Positions 48,331 through 57,726 of a stretch of 64,000 bases of DNA are shown piece by piece (the stretch's first letter is position 1; every line of letters begins with the position of its first letter). The notes beneath the pieces were generated by a model, which was not told where the DNA came from, ran no database searches, and worked only from the letters and a program-made list of their open reading frames with translations. Position numbers and translations under genes: made by a program. This DNA is from an uncultured virus (IMG/VR IMGVR_UViG_3300025108_004750) (lineage: Duplodnaviria > Heunggongvirae > Uroviricota > Caudoviricetes), in the IMG/VR virus record IMGVR_UViG_3300025108_004750, one strand, 5' to 3'.

Positions 48331-49010
48331 TTACATTTGGATGTAGCTTTACATACGGTCATGGATTATCAGATTGTATTGCGGCAGATGGTTCAAATGG
48401 ACCTATAGCTAGTAAACAAGCATGGCCTAGCGTATTAGGTAAACTTCAAGGAATGGAAGTTGATAATGTATCAAAGCCTGGATCAAGTAACTTAATGATT
48501 ACTAAAGCAATAGTTGATTACTCTAAGTATACAAAAGATACAGTAGTAGTTATTATGTGGTCAAATAATGATAGAGAAACTATTTACAATGACGATGGCG
48601 AACAAAAATTACATATGTTGCCTGGATTTTTAGATGATCACATGCCAGGAACTTTTTGGTTTGATAAAAACGAAAATGAGTTTAAGAGAACAGTAACAAC
48701 ATACTACGAAATTTTTCATGAAGATTGGAATGCAACATTAAACCAAATGATTAGAATGAATTTTGTACATGCATTCCTTAAAAACAAAGGCATTAAAAGT
48801 TTTCATGTACAAGCTGTACAACATGCAACAGACAATGCAACAGACTCTAACTACTTTAATAAATTCTTTTTGAAGAATCTTAATTTTAAATATTTTAATT
48901 ACAAAACACATTTTTGTATAGACGAAGCATTAGATAAACCACATCCACATCCAGGTCCTGACAGCCATAAACTTATGGCAGTTAATATACAAAATTGGTT
49001 TTTCAAATGA
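48306..49010 (+). CDS. SGNH-like hypothetical protein
   Basis: VTFGCSFTYG, N.SKPGSSN, WS..DR, HPGPDSH. Confidence 0.6.
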   Translation: MGWKDYKLVTFGCSFTYGHGLSDCIAADGSNGPIASKQAWPSVLGKLQGMEVDNVSKPGSSNLMITKAIVDYSKYTKDTVVVIMWSNNDRETIYNDDGEQKLHMLPGFLDDHMPGTFWFDKNENEFKRTVTTYYEIFHEDWNATLNQMIRMNFVHAFLKNKGIKSFHVQAVQHATDNATDSNYFNKFFLKNLNFKYFNYKTHFCIDEALDKPHPHPGPDSHKLMAVNIQNWFFK

Positions 49011-49693
49011 ATATAGCAATTTGTATTAGCGGAGTTAATGACAAAGGTAGTAATATTGTAGAACAACTACGACAAAAATTGCCAGGCTGTAATTTTTATT
49101 ATCATACATGGACTAATAAAACAAATCTTATTCCGCAAGATATGCATGAACGCTTATCTACAATGCATTATCCTACATGGCATTATCATCCTATGGAAGT
49201 AGCACCACAGTCTAAGCATGCCAAGTACGCACAGTATGTAAAATCAAAAGAATTATTTGACGATTTGTATTTTGGTATTGCTCCAATTATTGCACATGCT
49301 GATCATGTTACTAAGATTCCTCAACATCATGATTTAATTATTAGAGTTGACTGGAACACACAAATAGATAGACAAGTCGACTTACACAATTGGTTACGCA
49401 TGGCACATGAAAAAGGACCTGTAGGTTTTATGACAAGACCAAATAGAGGACCAAAATTTGGTTCAGGTCTAATAGAACAAGTAGATAAGACTAACCCACA
49501 CGACGACTGGCACGGATTTTTACCTTGTGATTTTTTAATACATCATCGTAAACATTTTGATCGTGCATTAGTACGTAAGTTAGTTAAAGAACATAAACTA
49601 TATCCTAACGAATGGGGTTGGTATCAAGTAATGAGTGAATGGACTAATGATATACATACCAGTATGCATGGGTTTGTACAAAAGATAAAATAA
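49007..49693 (+). CDS. hypothetical protein, putative glycan-modifying enzyme
   Basis: IAICISG..YHTW..DLIIR pattern; within GT block. Confidence 0.45.
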   Translation: MNIAICISGVNDKGSNIVEQLRQKLPGCNFYYHTWTNKTNLIPQDMHERLSTMHYPTWHYHPMEVAPQSKHAKYAQYVKSKELFDDLYFGIAPIIAHADHVTKIPQHHDLIIRVDWNTQIDRQVDLHNWLRMAHEKGPVGFMTRPNRGPKFGSGLIEQVDKTNPHDDWHGFLPCDFLIHHRKHFDRALVRKLVKEHKLYPNEWGWYQVMSEWTNDIHTSMHGFVQKIK

Positions 49694-49717
49694 GTAGATG
49701 TATAGGAGAGCATAATT

Positions 49718-50290
49718 ATGATGTTTGGAAAGAATCCAGGTACAGACGCAACATGGAAGCGTATACCAGAAGGAAGTGTTGGTGCTGAACTTGGTGTTTG
49801 GAAAGGCGATAGTTCTGCTAAGTTTTTAAAACGTGCTAAACATATGCACTTAGTTGATGCATGGGCACCTGAAGTTTTTAACGGATCTAATGAGTTTGGT
49901 GGATACACAGCATACTTAGAACGTTATTCAAAACTTACAGGAGAAGCAACTACAGAAGGCTTCGAGCGTTATTATAATAAAATTTATGAAAGTGTTGCAT
50001 CACGTTTTGCAGACAGTCCTGTAACAATTCATCGCATGTCAACAGCAAAATGGTTTGACACATTTGATGAAAAGTTAGATTGGATTTATGTAGATGCTAG
50101 TCATGCATACGAAGGTTGCTTACATGACTTAACTAGAGCAGTTGGTATGATTAAGCCTGGTGGAAAACTATTTGGTGACGACTACGGACCTAAGAAACTA
50201 GGTGTAAAAAATGCTGTAGATCAATTCATTAAGAACACAGGATACACACTAAACAACTTCCACGACGATCAATTTGAGGTACAACTATGA
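49718..50290 (+). CDS. class I SAM methyltransferase (Methyltransf_24-like)
   Basis: AELGVWKG, LVDAW, WIYVDASH.YE, KPGG.L.GDDY; ATAAGTA at 49690 and AGGAG SD. Confidence 0.85.
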   Translation: MMFGKNPGTDATWKRIPEGSVGAELGVWKGDSSAKFLKRAKHMHLVDAWAPEVFNGSNEFGGYTAYLERYSKLTGEATTEGFERYYNKIYESVASRFADSPVTIHRMSTAKWFDTFDEKLDWIYVDASHAYEGCLHDLTRAVGMIKPGGKLFGDDYGPKKLGVKNAVDQFIKNTGYTLNNFHDDQFEVQL

Positions 50291-50877
50291 GTATTATGGA
50301 ACAATTATTTGACAAGTATGGGTGCGAAAAAATATGGCACAGTTACAGCGACTTGTATGAAGCAGACTTTGAACCAAGGCGCAATGATGCTATTAATATT
50401 TTAGAAGTAGGAACATTTAGAGGCGAAAGCATCAATGTATGGTTAGAATATTTTCCTAACGCTACAATTTACACTATTGACACATTTGGTAGAGTTGCAC
50501 CTGAAGATTTACCTATGCTTAAACATCCAAGAGTAAGTTATGCTAAACTAGACAGTACTGCTCCTGAATGTAACGAACACTTTAAAGCATTAGGACAGAA
50601 GTTTGATTTTATTATTGACGATGGGTTGCATACTCCAGAAGGACAACAAAAAACTTTTGATAATCTTATAGAGTTTACAGACACTTATTATGTTGAAGAT
50701 GTATGGAACTTAGACAAAGTTAAAATGAGTCATCCTTGGATTAAAAGTCATCCAAATGATTTTACATCTGAAAAATGGAACAAACTACTTGAATCAGTAG
50801 GCAAGTATACAGTTACACATCATGACTGGCGCTCTAAGAAGAAGCAAGATAGTTATATCTTAAAAGTTGTAAAATGA
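50287..50877 (+). CDS. class I SAM (sugar O-)methyltransferase
   Basis: ILEVGTFRGES..W.EYFPNA, FDFIIDDGLH, YYVED. Confidence 0.8.
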   Translation: MSIMEQLFDKYGCEKIWHSYSDLYEADFEPRRNDAINILEVGTFRGESINVWLEYFPNATIYTIDTFGRVAPEDLPMLKHPRVSYAKLDSTAPECNEHFKALGQKFDFIIDDGLHTPEGQQKTFDNLIEFTDTYYVEDVWNLDKVKMSHPWIKSHPNDFTSEKWNKLLESVGKYTVTHHDWRSKKKQDSYILKVVK

Positions 50878-51533
50878 AAGCATTTGTAATATCTATCCCG
50901 GGTCATGAAGACAGTCAGTTACATGCTGATAGATGTATTCAATCTGTTACAGATACAAACTCAGAATTAGATATTGAAAAGTTTGATGCTATTGTTCCTG
51001 AAACAATGTGGCAAGTAGATTGGAAATGGCCTTACAGTAAGAAAAAAGTTTGTCCAAAAACAGGCATGACGCTTAAAGCATACAAGACATACGATATGAC
51101 TAAACGTATTGCGGCGGCAGGCAGTCATTATAAACTATGGCAAAAGAGTGTTGAGCTTAATGAAACTATTATGATACTTGAACATGATGCTATTTTCTAT
51201 AGACAGTTTAAGCCATTTGAGTTTGAAGGTGGTGCTATTAGTATTAACAATCCAGACCATGCTACGTTTAATTGGAAACTATACGACAAGTTAGATAACT
51301 CAGGAGAACAAGAAGTTCCTTGGGTAGCGGACCAAACTATTCCGCAAGGATTACCAGGACATAGTGCTTATATTATTAAGCCAGATGCCGCAGAAAAAGT
51401 TTGTAGTTTGCAAGATACAATTGGCTGGTGGCCTAATGATGCTATTATGTGTAAACAACTATGTACGTGGTTACGATCCTATAAACCATATTTTACAAAA
51501 GTACAGGGTATCAAATCAACAACAAGTAAATAA
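50874..51533 (+). CDS. glycosyltransferase family 25
   Basis: KAFVISI, SHYKLWQK, ILEHDA, AYIIKP..A. Confidence 0.8.
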   Translation: MKAFVISIPGHEDSQLHADRCIQSVTDTNSELDIEKFDAIVPETMWQVDWKWPYSKKKVCPKTGMTLKAYKTYDMTKRIAAAGSHYKLWQKSVELNETIMILEHDAIFYRQFKPFEFEGGAISINNPDHATFNWKLYDKLDNSGEQEVPWVADQTIPQGLPGHSAYIIKPDAAEKVCSLQDTIGWWPNDAIMCKQLCTWLRSYKPYFTKVQGIKSTTSK

Positions 51534-51541
51534 CTACGTAC

Positions 51542-51548
51542 ATAAATA
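51542..51548 (+). promoter_or_regulatory. late promoter, leaderless configuration, heading second GT sub-block
   Basis: ATAAATA-TCAGT-ATG51554. Confidence 0.7.
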
Positions 51549-51553
51549 TCAGT

Positions 51554-52339
51554 ATGGACGTAGTATTAGTTACAGGTGGATTTGACCCACTACACTCAGG
51601 ACACTTAGCTTATTTTAAAGCCGCAAAAGAGCTAGGTAACAAACTAGTTGTTGGACTTAACAGTGACGAATGGCTTACACGTAAAAAAGGTAGACCATTT
51701 ATGCCTTTTGAAGAACGTGCTGAAATTATCAAAGGATTATCTATAGTTGATCAAGTAATCAGCTTTGATGATTCAGATGATACAGCATGTGGTGCAATTT
51801 ATAAAACACTAGCAACACACGGTAATATAAAAATTATTTTCGCTAATGGCGGAGATAGAACAGATTCCAATATACCAGAGATGACTACATATGGTGATTT
51901 ACATTATTGCGATTTTGTATTTGGTGTAGGTGGCGAAGATAAAAAGAATTCAAGCAGTTGGATACTTAAAGAATGGAAAGCACCTAAAATAGAACGTGAA
52001 TGGGGACACTATAGAGAACTATATCAAGGAGAAGGATTTCAAGTTAAAGAACTTGTTATTGCTCCGCATAGTAAACTTAGTATGCAACGACACGAACATC
52101 GTAGCGAAACATGGAACATAGTAAGTGGTAACGCACATGTCAAAATGAATTTTACTTCAGGTGATCCATTTGATGGCTGTGCTATAAACAAACTACATCC
52201 TTCTAATCCCTTAGATATTCCAAAAGGTGTTTGGCATCAAGGGTGTAACGACAGCGATGAGCCTGCACACATTGTAGAAGTGTGGAAAGGTAAAACAGAC
52301 AAATTGATAGAAGACGATATAGAAAGGTATGACCCATGA
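51554..52339 (+). CDS. cytidylyltransferase-like domain fused to MPI-type cupin
   Basis: TGGFDPLHSGH, NSDEWL.RKKG, FANGGDR, KNSSS; R.WG.Y, LSMQRH.HRSE.W. Confidence 0.85.
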   Translation: MDVVLVTGGFDPLHSGHLAYFKAAKELGNKLVVGLNSDEWLTRKKGRPFMPFEERAEIIKGLSIVDQVISFDDSDDTACGAIYKTLATHGNIKIIFANGGDRTDSNIPEMTTYGDLHYCDFVFGVGGEDKKNSSSWILKEWKAPKIEREWGHYRELYQGEGFQVKELVIAPHSKLSMQRHEHRSETWNIVSGNAHVKMNFTSGDPFDGCAINKLHPSNPLDIPKGVWHQGCNDSDEPAHIVEVWKGKTDKLIEDDIERYDP

Positions 52340-53016
52340 AAGTATTCGTAGGATATGACACTAGAGAAGATATGGCTTATCAAGTATGCAAGCATAGTAT
52401 TCTTGCAAGAAATAAAGACATTGAAGTAATTCCACTTAAACAGCAAGAACTAAGAGAAGCAGGTTGGTATAAAAGACCAGTTGATAAACTAGCATCAACT
52501 GAATTTACTTTTACACGTTTTCTTATTCCTGAGCTTACTAACTTTACAGGTTGGGCAGTGTTTATGGATTGCGACATGATCCTTACAACAGACATTAAAG
52601 AACTATTTGATCAAGCAGATGACAAGTATGCTGTTATGTGTGTGCAACACGATTATAAAGTTAAAGAAGAATTTAAAATGGATGGACAAAAACAAACAAT
52701 CTATCCACGTAAAAATTGGTCAAGTGTTGTTTTATGGAACTGTGGACACCCTAGTAACAAAGTTGTTGATCAAGACTTTGTAAACGAACCCGAACTGAAC
52801 GGAGCATATATGCATCGCTTTAGTTGGTTAAAAGATGAAGAAATTGGCGAACTAGATCATACATGGAACTACTTAGTAGGTGTATACGATGATATTGAAA
52901 AACCAAAACTAATACACTATACCGAAGGCGGACCTTGGTTTGAAAACTATAGAGACTGTGAATTTCATGCTGAATGGAAAACTGAATTATTTAATATGAT
53001 GGAAGACGAGATATAA
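52336..53016 (+). CDS. GT8-like glycosyltransferase
   Basis: VFVGYD.RE, STEFTFTRF, FMDCDM, YPRKNWSS, WNYLVG, HYTEGGPW. Confidence 0.85.
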   Translation: MKVFVGYDTREDMAYQVCKHSILARNKDIEVIPLKQQELREAGWYKRPVDKLASTEFTFTRFLIPELTNFTGWAVFMDCDMILTTDIKELFDQADDKYAVMCVQHDYKVKEEFKMDGQKQTIYPRKNWSSVVLWNCGHPSNKVVDQDFVNEPELNGAYMHRFSWLKDEEIGELDHTWNYLVGVYDDIEKPKLIHYTEGGPWFENYRDCEFHAEWKTELFNMMEDEI

Positions 53017-53019
53017 TTT

Positions 53020-53883
53020 ATGGACAGATATGTAAAGAAACAAGACGATACTATTCTACCTAAAATGTTAATGCTAAATGGTGACGATGAGATTATGAAG
53101 CATTGGCAACATGGTACTAATGCCTTAGTAATTGATAGAAAAGAAATATCAAGTAAAGTTAATGAGAGTCCTTGGCCTACCCATATTCCTGTAGCATTTC
53201 GTAGTATGACAAAGCGTAAAGAAATTTATAAATGTTGGGAAACTGGTAGACCGTTTTTTTACATTGATAACGGATACATGGGCAACTTAATGAAGAAAAA
53301 GAAATATTATAGAATTGTAAAAAATAATATTCAACATACAAAAATAAAACCAAATACGCCTAGTGATAGATATCTTGACATATGTCAGTATGCTCCATAC
53401 ATGAATTATTATGGCCGCAAGCCACTACAAGGTGGTCCTATCTTATTAGTTACACCAAGCGAAAAACCTTGCCAGTTTTATAATATTGATAAAAATACAT
53501 GGCTTGAAGAAACAAAAAATGAAATTCGTAGATATACTGATCGTCCAATTATTGTTAGAGAAAAAGGATTACGACCAGATAGAATCAAAGACAATAGTGT
53601 TGCCGCTCAATGTGCTAGAGATAAAGTTCATGCTGTAGTAACGTACCAAAGTATGGCCGCACTAGAAGCAATGCACTATGGTATTCCTGCATTTACAACA
53701 GCACCTAGTTGTGTTGATAGTGTTGCTAATCGTAGCTTGTCACATATAGAATCGCCAAAGTATCCAGATGAAGATAAATTCTTAAACGTAATGCACTACC
53801 TTGCTTATTGTCAATATACATTAGATGAGATGAATCGAGGTGTTGCACTAAAGATGATTGAGGAGATGGAATTATATGACTAG
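53020..53883 (+). CDS. GT-B glycosyltransferase-like (KpsC/KpsS-like)
   Basis: IDNGYMG..YYRI, VVTYQSMAALEAMHYGIP, LAYCQY..DEM..G. Confidence 0.5.
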   Translation: MDRYVKKQDDTILPKMLMLNGDDEIMKHWQHGTNALVIDRKEISSKVNESPWPTHIPVAFRSMTKRKEIYKCWETGRPFFYIDNGYMGNLMKKKKYYRIVKNNIQHTKIKPNTPSDRYLDICQYAPYMNYYGRKPLQGGPILLVTPSEKPCQFYNIDKNTWLEETKNEIRRYTDRPIIVREKGLRPDRIKDNSVAAQCARDKVHAVVTYQSMAALEAMHYGIPAFTTAPSCVDSVANRSLSHIESPKYPDEDKFLNVMHYLAYCQYTLDEMNRGVALKMIEEMELYD

Positions 53884-54817
53884 TCCACTAAAAGTTAATG
53901 CATATATGAATGCAATCCCTCCAGGAAATAAAAATCCTGAAAAGCCTAAACTATTAGAATACTTTGTTCAAGGTGTACAAGCATCAGGCGACAAAGGTCA
54001 AATTATTAATTCTTATACGTATGAACCTTCTGATGTTGCTGTATTACAAGGATTTGTACATCCAGGAAGTAAGCATGTACCGCATTTAAATTTAAGACGT
54101 AATGTATTAGATGGGCAGGCAAGTATTAGTAAAAGAACTATTATTGCTGACAGTAATTTATTTTTAGCATACGATAGAGGTAACACAAAAACATATTTAC
54201 GTTATAGTTTTGATGGTATCTTTCCTAACACAGGTGAATACTGTGATAGTCAAATTTTACCACAACGTTGGGCAAACTTAAGAGATGATTTAGGACTTGT
54301 ATTAAAACCTTACAAAAAGACTGGCGACTATATTTTAATTACTTGCCAAAGAGATCAAGGCTGGAGTATGGACGGACTGTCAGTTATTAATTGGTTGCAT
54401 GTATTACTTCAAGAAATTAAAAGATATACAGATAGAAAAGTAGTAGTAAGATTTCATCCTGGAGATAAAAAAGTTGTAAAGCATGTACAGCAACTACGAG
54501 CTATTGGACACAAAGTAGACATATCAAGTCCTACCAGCACACTACTAAAAGATTTACACGATGCGTATGCTGTGATTAGTTACAACAGTAGTCCAGCAGT
54601 TGTAGCGGCAATTGAAGGTGTTCCTATTTTTGTACTTGATCCAGCTAGAAGTCAGTCAGCAGAAGTTGCAAATAGAAATATAAAAGATATTGAAAATCCA
54701 AGTTATGACTTTGATAGAGAAGCATGGTTAAGAAGACTAGCAATGATGCATTGGCGATTAGATGAACTACGCTCAGGAGAGTGTTGGAGACATATGAGAA
54801 GTTGGGCAAACAGATGA
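53876..54817 (+). CDS. GT-B glycosyltransferase-like (KpsC/KpsS-like)
   Basis: ILITCQRD, VRFHPGD, ISYNSSPAV.A.IEGVP, R..WL..LA..HW..DEL.SG. Confidence 0.55.
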   Translation: MTSPLKVNAYMNAIPPGNKNPEKPKLLEYFVQGVQASGDKGQIINSYTYEPSDVAVLQGFVHPGSKHVPHLNLRRNVLDGQASISKRTIIADSNLFLAYDRGNTKTYLRYSFDGIFPNTGEYCDSQILPQRWANLRDDLGLVLKPYKKTGDYILITCQRDQGWSMDGLSVINWLHVLLQEIKRYTDRKVVVRFHPGDKKVVKHVQQLRAIGHKVDISSPTSTLLKDLHDAYAVISYNSSPAVVAAIEGVPIFVLDPARSQSAEVANRNIKDIENPSYDFDREAWLRRLAMMHWRLDELRSGECWRHMRSWANR

Positions 54818-55662
54818 AACAGATAACAGTACTAACAACATTCCATCAACCAGGATTAGAAAAATACGGACAGCGTATGATTGATAGTTTTGCTGAAAGA
54901 GTTGATCCTAGAATTAAATTAATTGTATATGCAGAAGATTGTAAACCAAATAACCCTAATGAAGAAAATATTTTAATTTTAGATGCAAAGCAATCTTTAC
55001 CAAAACTAAATGCATTCAAAGCACGTTGGGGCAACGTAGACAAAGCAAATGGCATTCCACCAGATGATATTAAAGCAAGACGTCCTAGAGATTGGCATAA
55101 GAAATTTAAATGGGACGCAATACGTTTTGCTAACAAGGTATATGCAGTGTTTGATGCATGCGAAAATAATAACGATTGGGTAGTATGGATGGACGCTGAT
55201 ACATTTGTACACAGTAATTGGAGTTATGAACAGTTTGCAGAACAACTACCAGATGACAAATGGATTACATATGTTGGCCGAGGTAAAGGATCACAAACGT
55301 GGCCAGAGTGTGGCTTCTACGGAATGAATATGAATCATCCAATGTGCATACAGTTTTTAAAAGAGTTTGAAAGATTTTACGAAGATGCAGACAATGGTAT
55401 CTTTGAATTAGAAGAATGGCACGACAGTTATGTGTTTGGACACATACTAAACTTAATGAGAAACATTGATGCTAGTGTACATGATTACAGTGAAAACATT
55501 TATGTACAGACTGCTAAGACTGGTGGAGGAGGACATCCACTTATTAACAGTGACTTGGGAAAATGGATTGATCATATGAAAGGCGCCCGCAAGGACGATG
55601 GACATTCGAAGCGTAAAGACCTAATGGGCAATCGCAACGAAGCGTATTGGAATGAAATTTAG
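54814..55662 (+). CDS. GT-A-like glycosyltransferase
   Basis: RFANKVYA, VWMDADT (DxD), ECGF, EWHDS..F, HMKG.RK. Confidence 0.65.
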   Translation: MKQITVLTTFHQPGLEKYGQRMIDSFAERVDPRIKLIVYAEDCKPNNPNEENILILDAKQSLPKLNAFKARWGNVDKANGIPPDDIKARRPRDWHKKFKWDAIRFANKVYAVFDACENNNDWVVWMDADTFVHSNWSYEQFAEQLPDDKWITYVGRGKGSQTWPECGFYGMNMNHPMCIQFLKEFERFYEDADNGIFELEEWHDSYVFGHILNLMRNIDASVHDYSENIYVQTAKTGGGGHPLINSDLGKWIDHMKGARKDDGHSKRKDLMGNRNEAYWNEI

Positions 55663-56488
55663 TTTATGGACACAGTATGGTGCACTCAATAGCAAGCCTG
55701 TTTTTGACGCTCTTGCAAACAGCCTTAGTAGTAACGGGCATGTTGTTGTGTATAATGATCATAGTGCCGATGTTGATGTTATTTGGAGTGTGTTGTTTCA
55801 TGGAAGAATGGCTGGAAACAAACCAATCTGGGAAAATGAAAAACCCACAATAGTATTAGAAGTAGGTGGCATCAAACGTGGCACTACATGGAAGGTAGGA
55901 CTTAATGGAATTAATCGTGATGGGGATTATCTACCTAGTGGCAATGATAATACTCGCTCAAGCCTTTTGGGATTAAAACTAAAACCTTGGAAGTATAACG
56001 GCGAATATATTCTTATAGCAGGACAACATGATAAGAGTTTACAGTGGAAAGATATGCCAGCAATGGCTACTTGGGTACACGATACAATAACATTTATTCG
56101 AGCTCAAACTGAACGTCCTATAATATTTAGACCACATCCACGTTGCCCTGTACCTGCTATTGAACATGATTTTAAAAATGTAAAAAGACAAGAACCCCTA
56201 CAAATCAAAGGGTCATACGATGACTTTGACATGCAATTTGACAACATATGGGCTACAGTTAGTTGGTCAAGTAACCCAGGTATACATAGTATTATTAACG
56301 GTGTACCTGCATTTACTGGTCCAAGTAGTCTTGCATTTGATGTAGCAGAACAAAATTTACGTAATATTGAGAATCCTTTATACGGTGATAGAACACAATG
56401 GCTTAATGATTATGCACACACCGAATATACTATTGGAGAAATATCTCAAGGAATTCCACTAAAACACTTGACTTCTAAGTTAATTTAA
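55652..56488 (+). CDS. GT-B glycosyltransferase-like (KpsC/KpsS-like)
   Basis: ILIAGQHD.S, FRPHP, VSWSSNPGI..IINGVP, R.QWL..AH.EY...EI..G. Confidence 0.55.
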   Translation: MKFSLWTQYGALNSKPVFDALANSLSSNGHVVVYNDHSADVDVIWSVLFHGRMAGNKPIWENEKPTIVLEVGGIKRGTTWKVGLNGINRDGDYLPSGNDNTRSSLLGLKLKPWKYNGEYILIAGQHDKSLQWKDMPAMATWVHDTITFIRAQTERPIIFRPHPRCPVPAIEHDFKNVKRQEPLQIKGSYDDFDMQFDNIWATVSWSSNPGIHSIINGVPAFTGPSSLAFDVAEQNLRNIENPLYGDRTQWLNDYAHTEYTIGEISQGIPLKHLTSKLI

Positions 56489-56496
56489 GTTATAAT
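56468..56496 (+). promoter_or_regulatory. sigma70 promoter, leaderless configuration
   Basis: TTGACT-N17-TATAAT-N6-ATG56503. Confidence 0.8.
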
Positions 56497-56502
56497 ATAC
56501 AC

Positions 56503-57726
56503 ATGAAGTTAGAAAAACCATCTACATGTGAGGACTGTCTATCCTTTTTGCTTAAAGAAGGTCAAGCGTCAATCGTAGACAAAGGCATATTAGTTAGTAT
56601 TAATAAGCAGTTGTCTAAGAAGATTCCGTTGACTGATAGGCAATATGCATTGCTTAAAGGCAAGTTATTAAACTATACTAGGTGTTGGCAAGAAAACGAT
56701 ATTGACGAAAGTGTTTTTGACGTACTAAAATATCCATTAAGAGAAATAGATAGATCGCATTGGATCAAGATACTTGAATATCAAGATAATGAAGTAATTG
56801 GTATTAGATTCCCATTTAATAAAAAAGTTATTGATAGGATAGAAGACCTGCGTAAATTAGATACTCATAATCAAAAAAGTCATTACTATAAAGATAATAC
56901 ACATTGCTTTCCATTAACTCCTAAAAATATATTTGAAGTAGTTGAAATAGCAAATAGGTTTAACACTAAATTTACTGTACAGGATGATATAATTAATATC
57001 TATAATCAATTAGTAGAATACGAAAAGAATAGAGATGATTATATACCAGGTGTGTATGATTATACTGTTTCAAATATTCCTGACATAGCAAAAGAAGATT
57101 TAAAAAATCAATTAGGCGAGTGTGATAAAGATACATTATCGTTATATTATGATAGAAGATACTTGTACGGACTACAAGAATTTAATGAACATTTAGTTAA
57201 TGAGAGTATAAAGCAACATAGTACTGTAGCTCAAACTATTATTAAAAGAGATAATGCAGTTGTACTACTTAATAATAAAAGTGTAAACTTAAACGACTTA
57301 TTATCAGCAATACCTGAAATTAATAGACTTCCAATGCTAGTTTCATTAAATCCACACAATGCACATGATACATTATTTGCAGTACATAATATACTTAAAC
57401 ATATTATTCCTACTGAACAAATGAGTGTAATGTTTAGAAAACCGGGCAATGATCCAATTAATGATTACATTAAAGAACAAAAACTTAATAATATGGTTGA
57501 CAAAGATACCAAAGTAGTGTATATTAGTAGTATTAAATTACCAAAGCCGTTATTACAAGCAGATTGGAAAGCGAGCTGTGTTCTATCTTTTGATAGTTCT
57601 AAGTTAACATTTAACAATGTAACTAATTATGTAGACGGATTTGATTTGCGTATTACATATGATGAGATTGCAATTGGCGGACTTTGGGATAGAGGCGAGA
57701 GGAGATACTTACGTGCGAACATGTAA
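56503..57726 (+). CDS. hypothetical protein upstream of UvsW
   Basis: 407-aa intact ORF, LTDRQ and IRFPFN motifs; own promoter. Confidence 0.75.
   Translation: MKLEKPSTCEDCLSFLLKEGQASIVDKGILVSINKQLSKKIPLTDRQYALLKGKLLNYTRCWQENDIDESVFDVLKYPLREIDRSHWIKILEYQDNEVIGIRFPFNKKVIDRIEDLRKLDTHNQKSHYYKDNTHCFPLTPKNIFEVVEIANRFNTKFTVQDDIINIYNQLVEYEKNRDDYIPGVYDYTVSNIPDIAKEDLKNQLGECDKDTLSLYYDRRYLYGLQEFNEHLVNESIKQHSTVAQTIIKRDNAVVLLNNKSVNLNDLLSAIPEINRLPMLVSLNPHNAHDTLFAVHNILKHIIPTEQMSVMFRKPGNDPINDYIKEQKLNNMVDKDTKVVYISSIKLPKPLLQADWKASCVLSFDSSKLTFNNVTNYVDGFDLRITYDEIAIGGLWDRGERRYLRANM
57497..57525 (+). promoter_or_regulatory. possible internal sigma70 promoter upstream of uvsW
   Basis: TTGACA-N17-TATATT inside the 407-aa gene. 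Confidence 0.45.
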
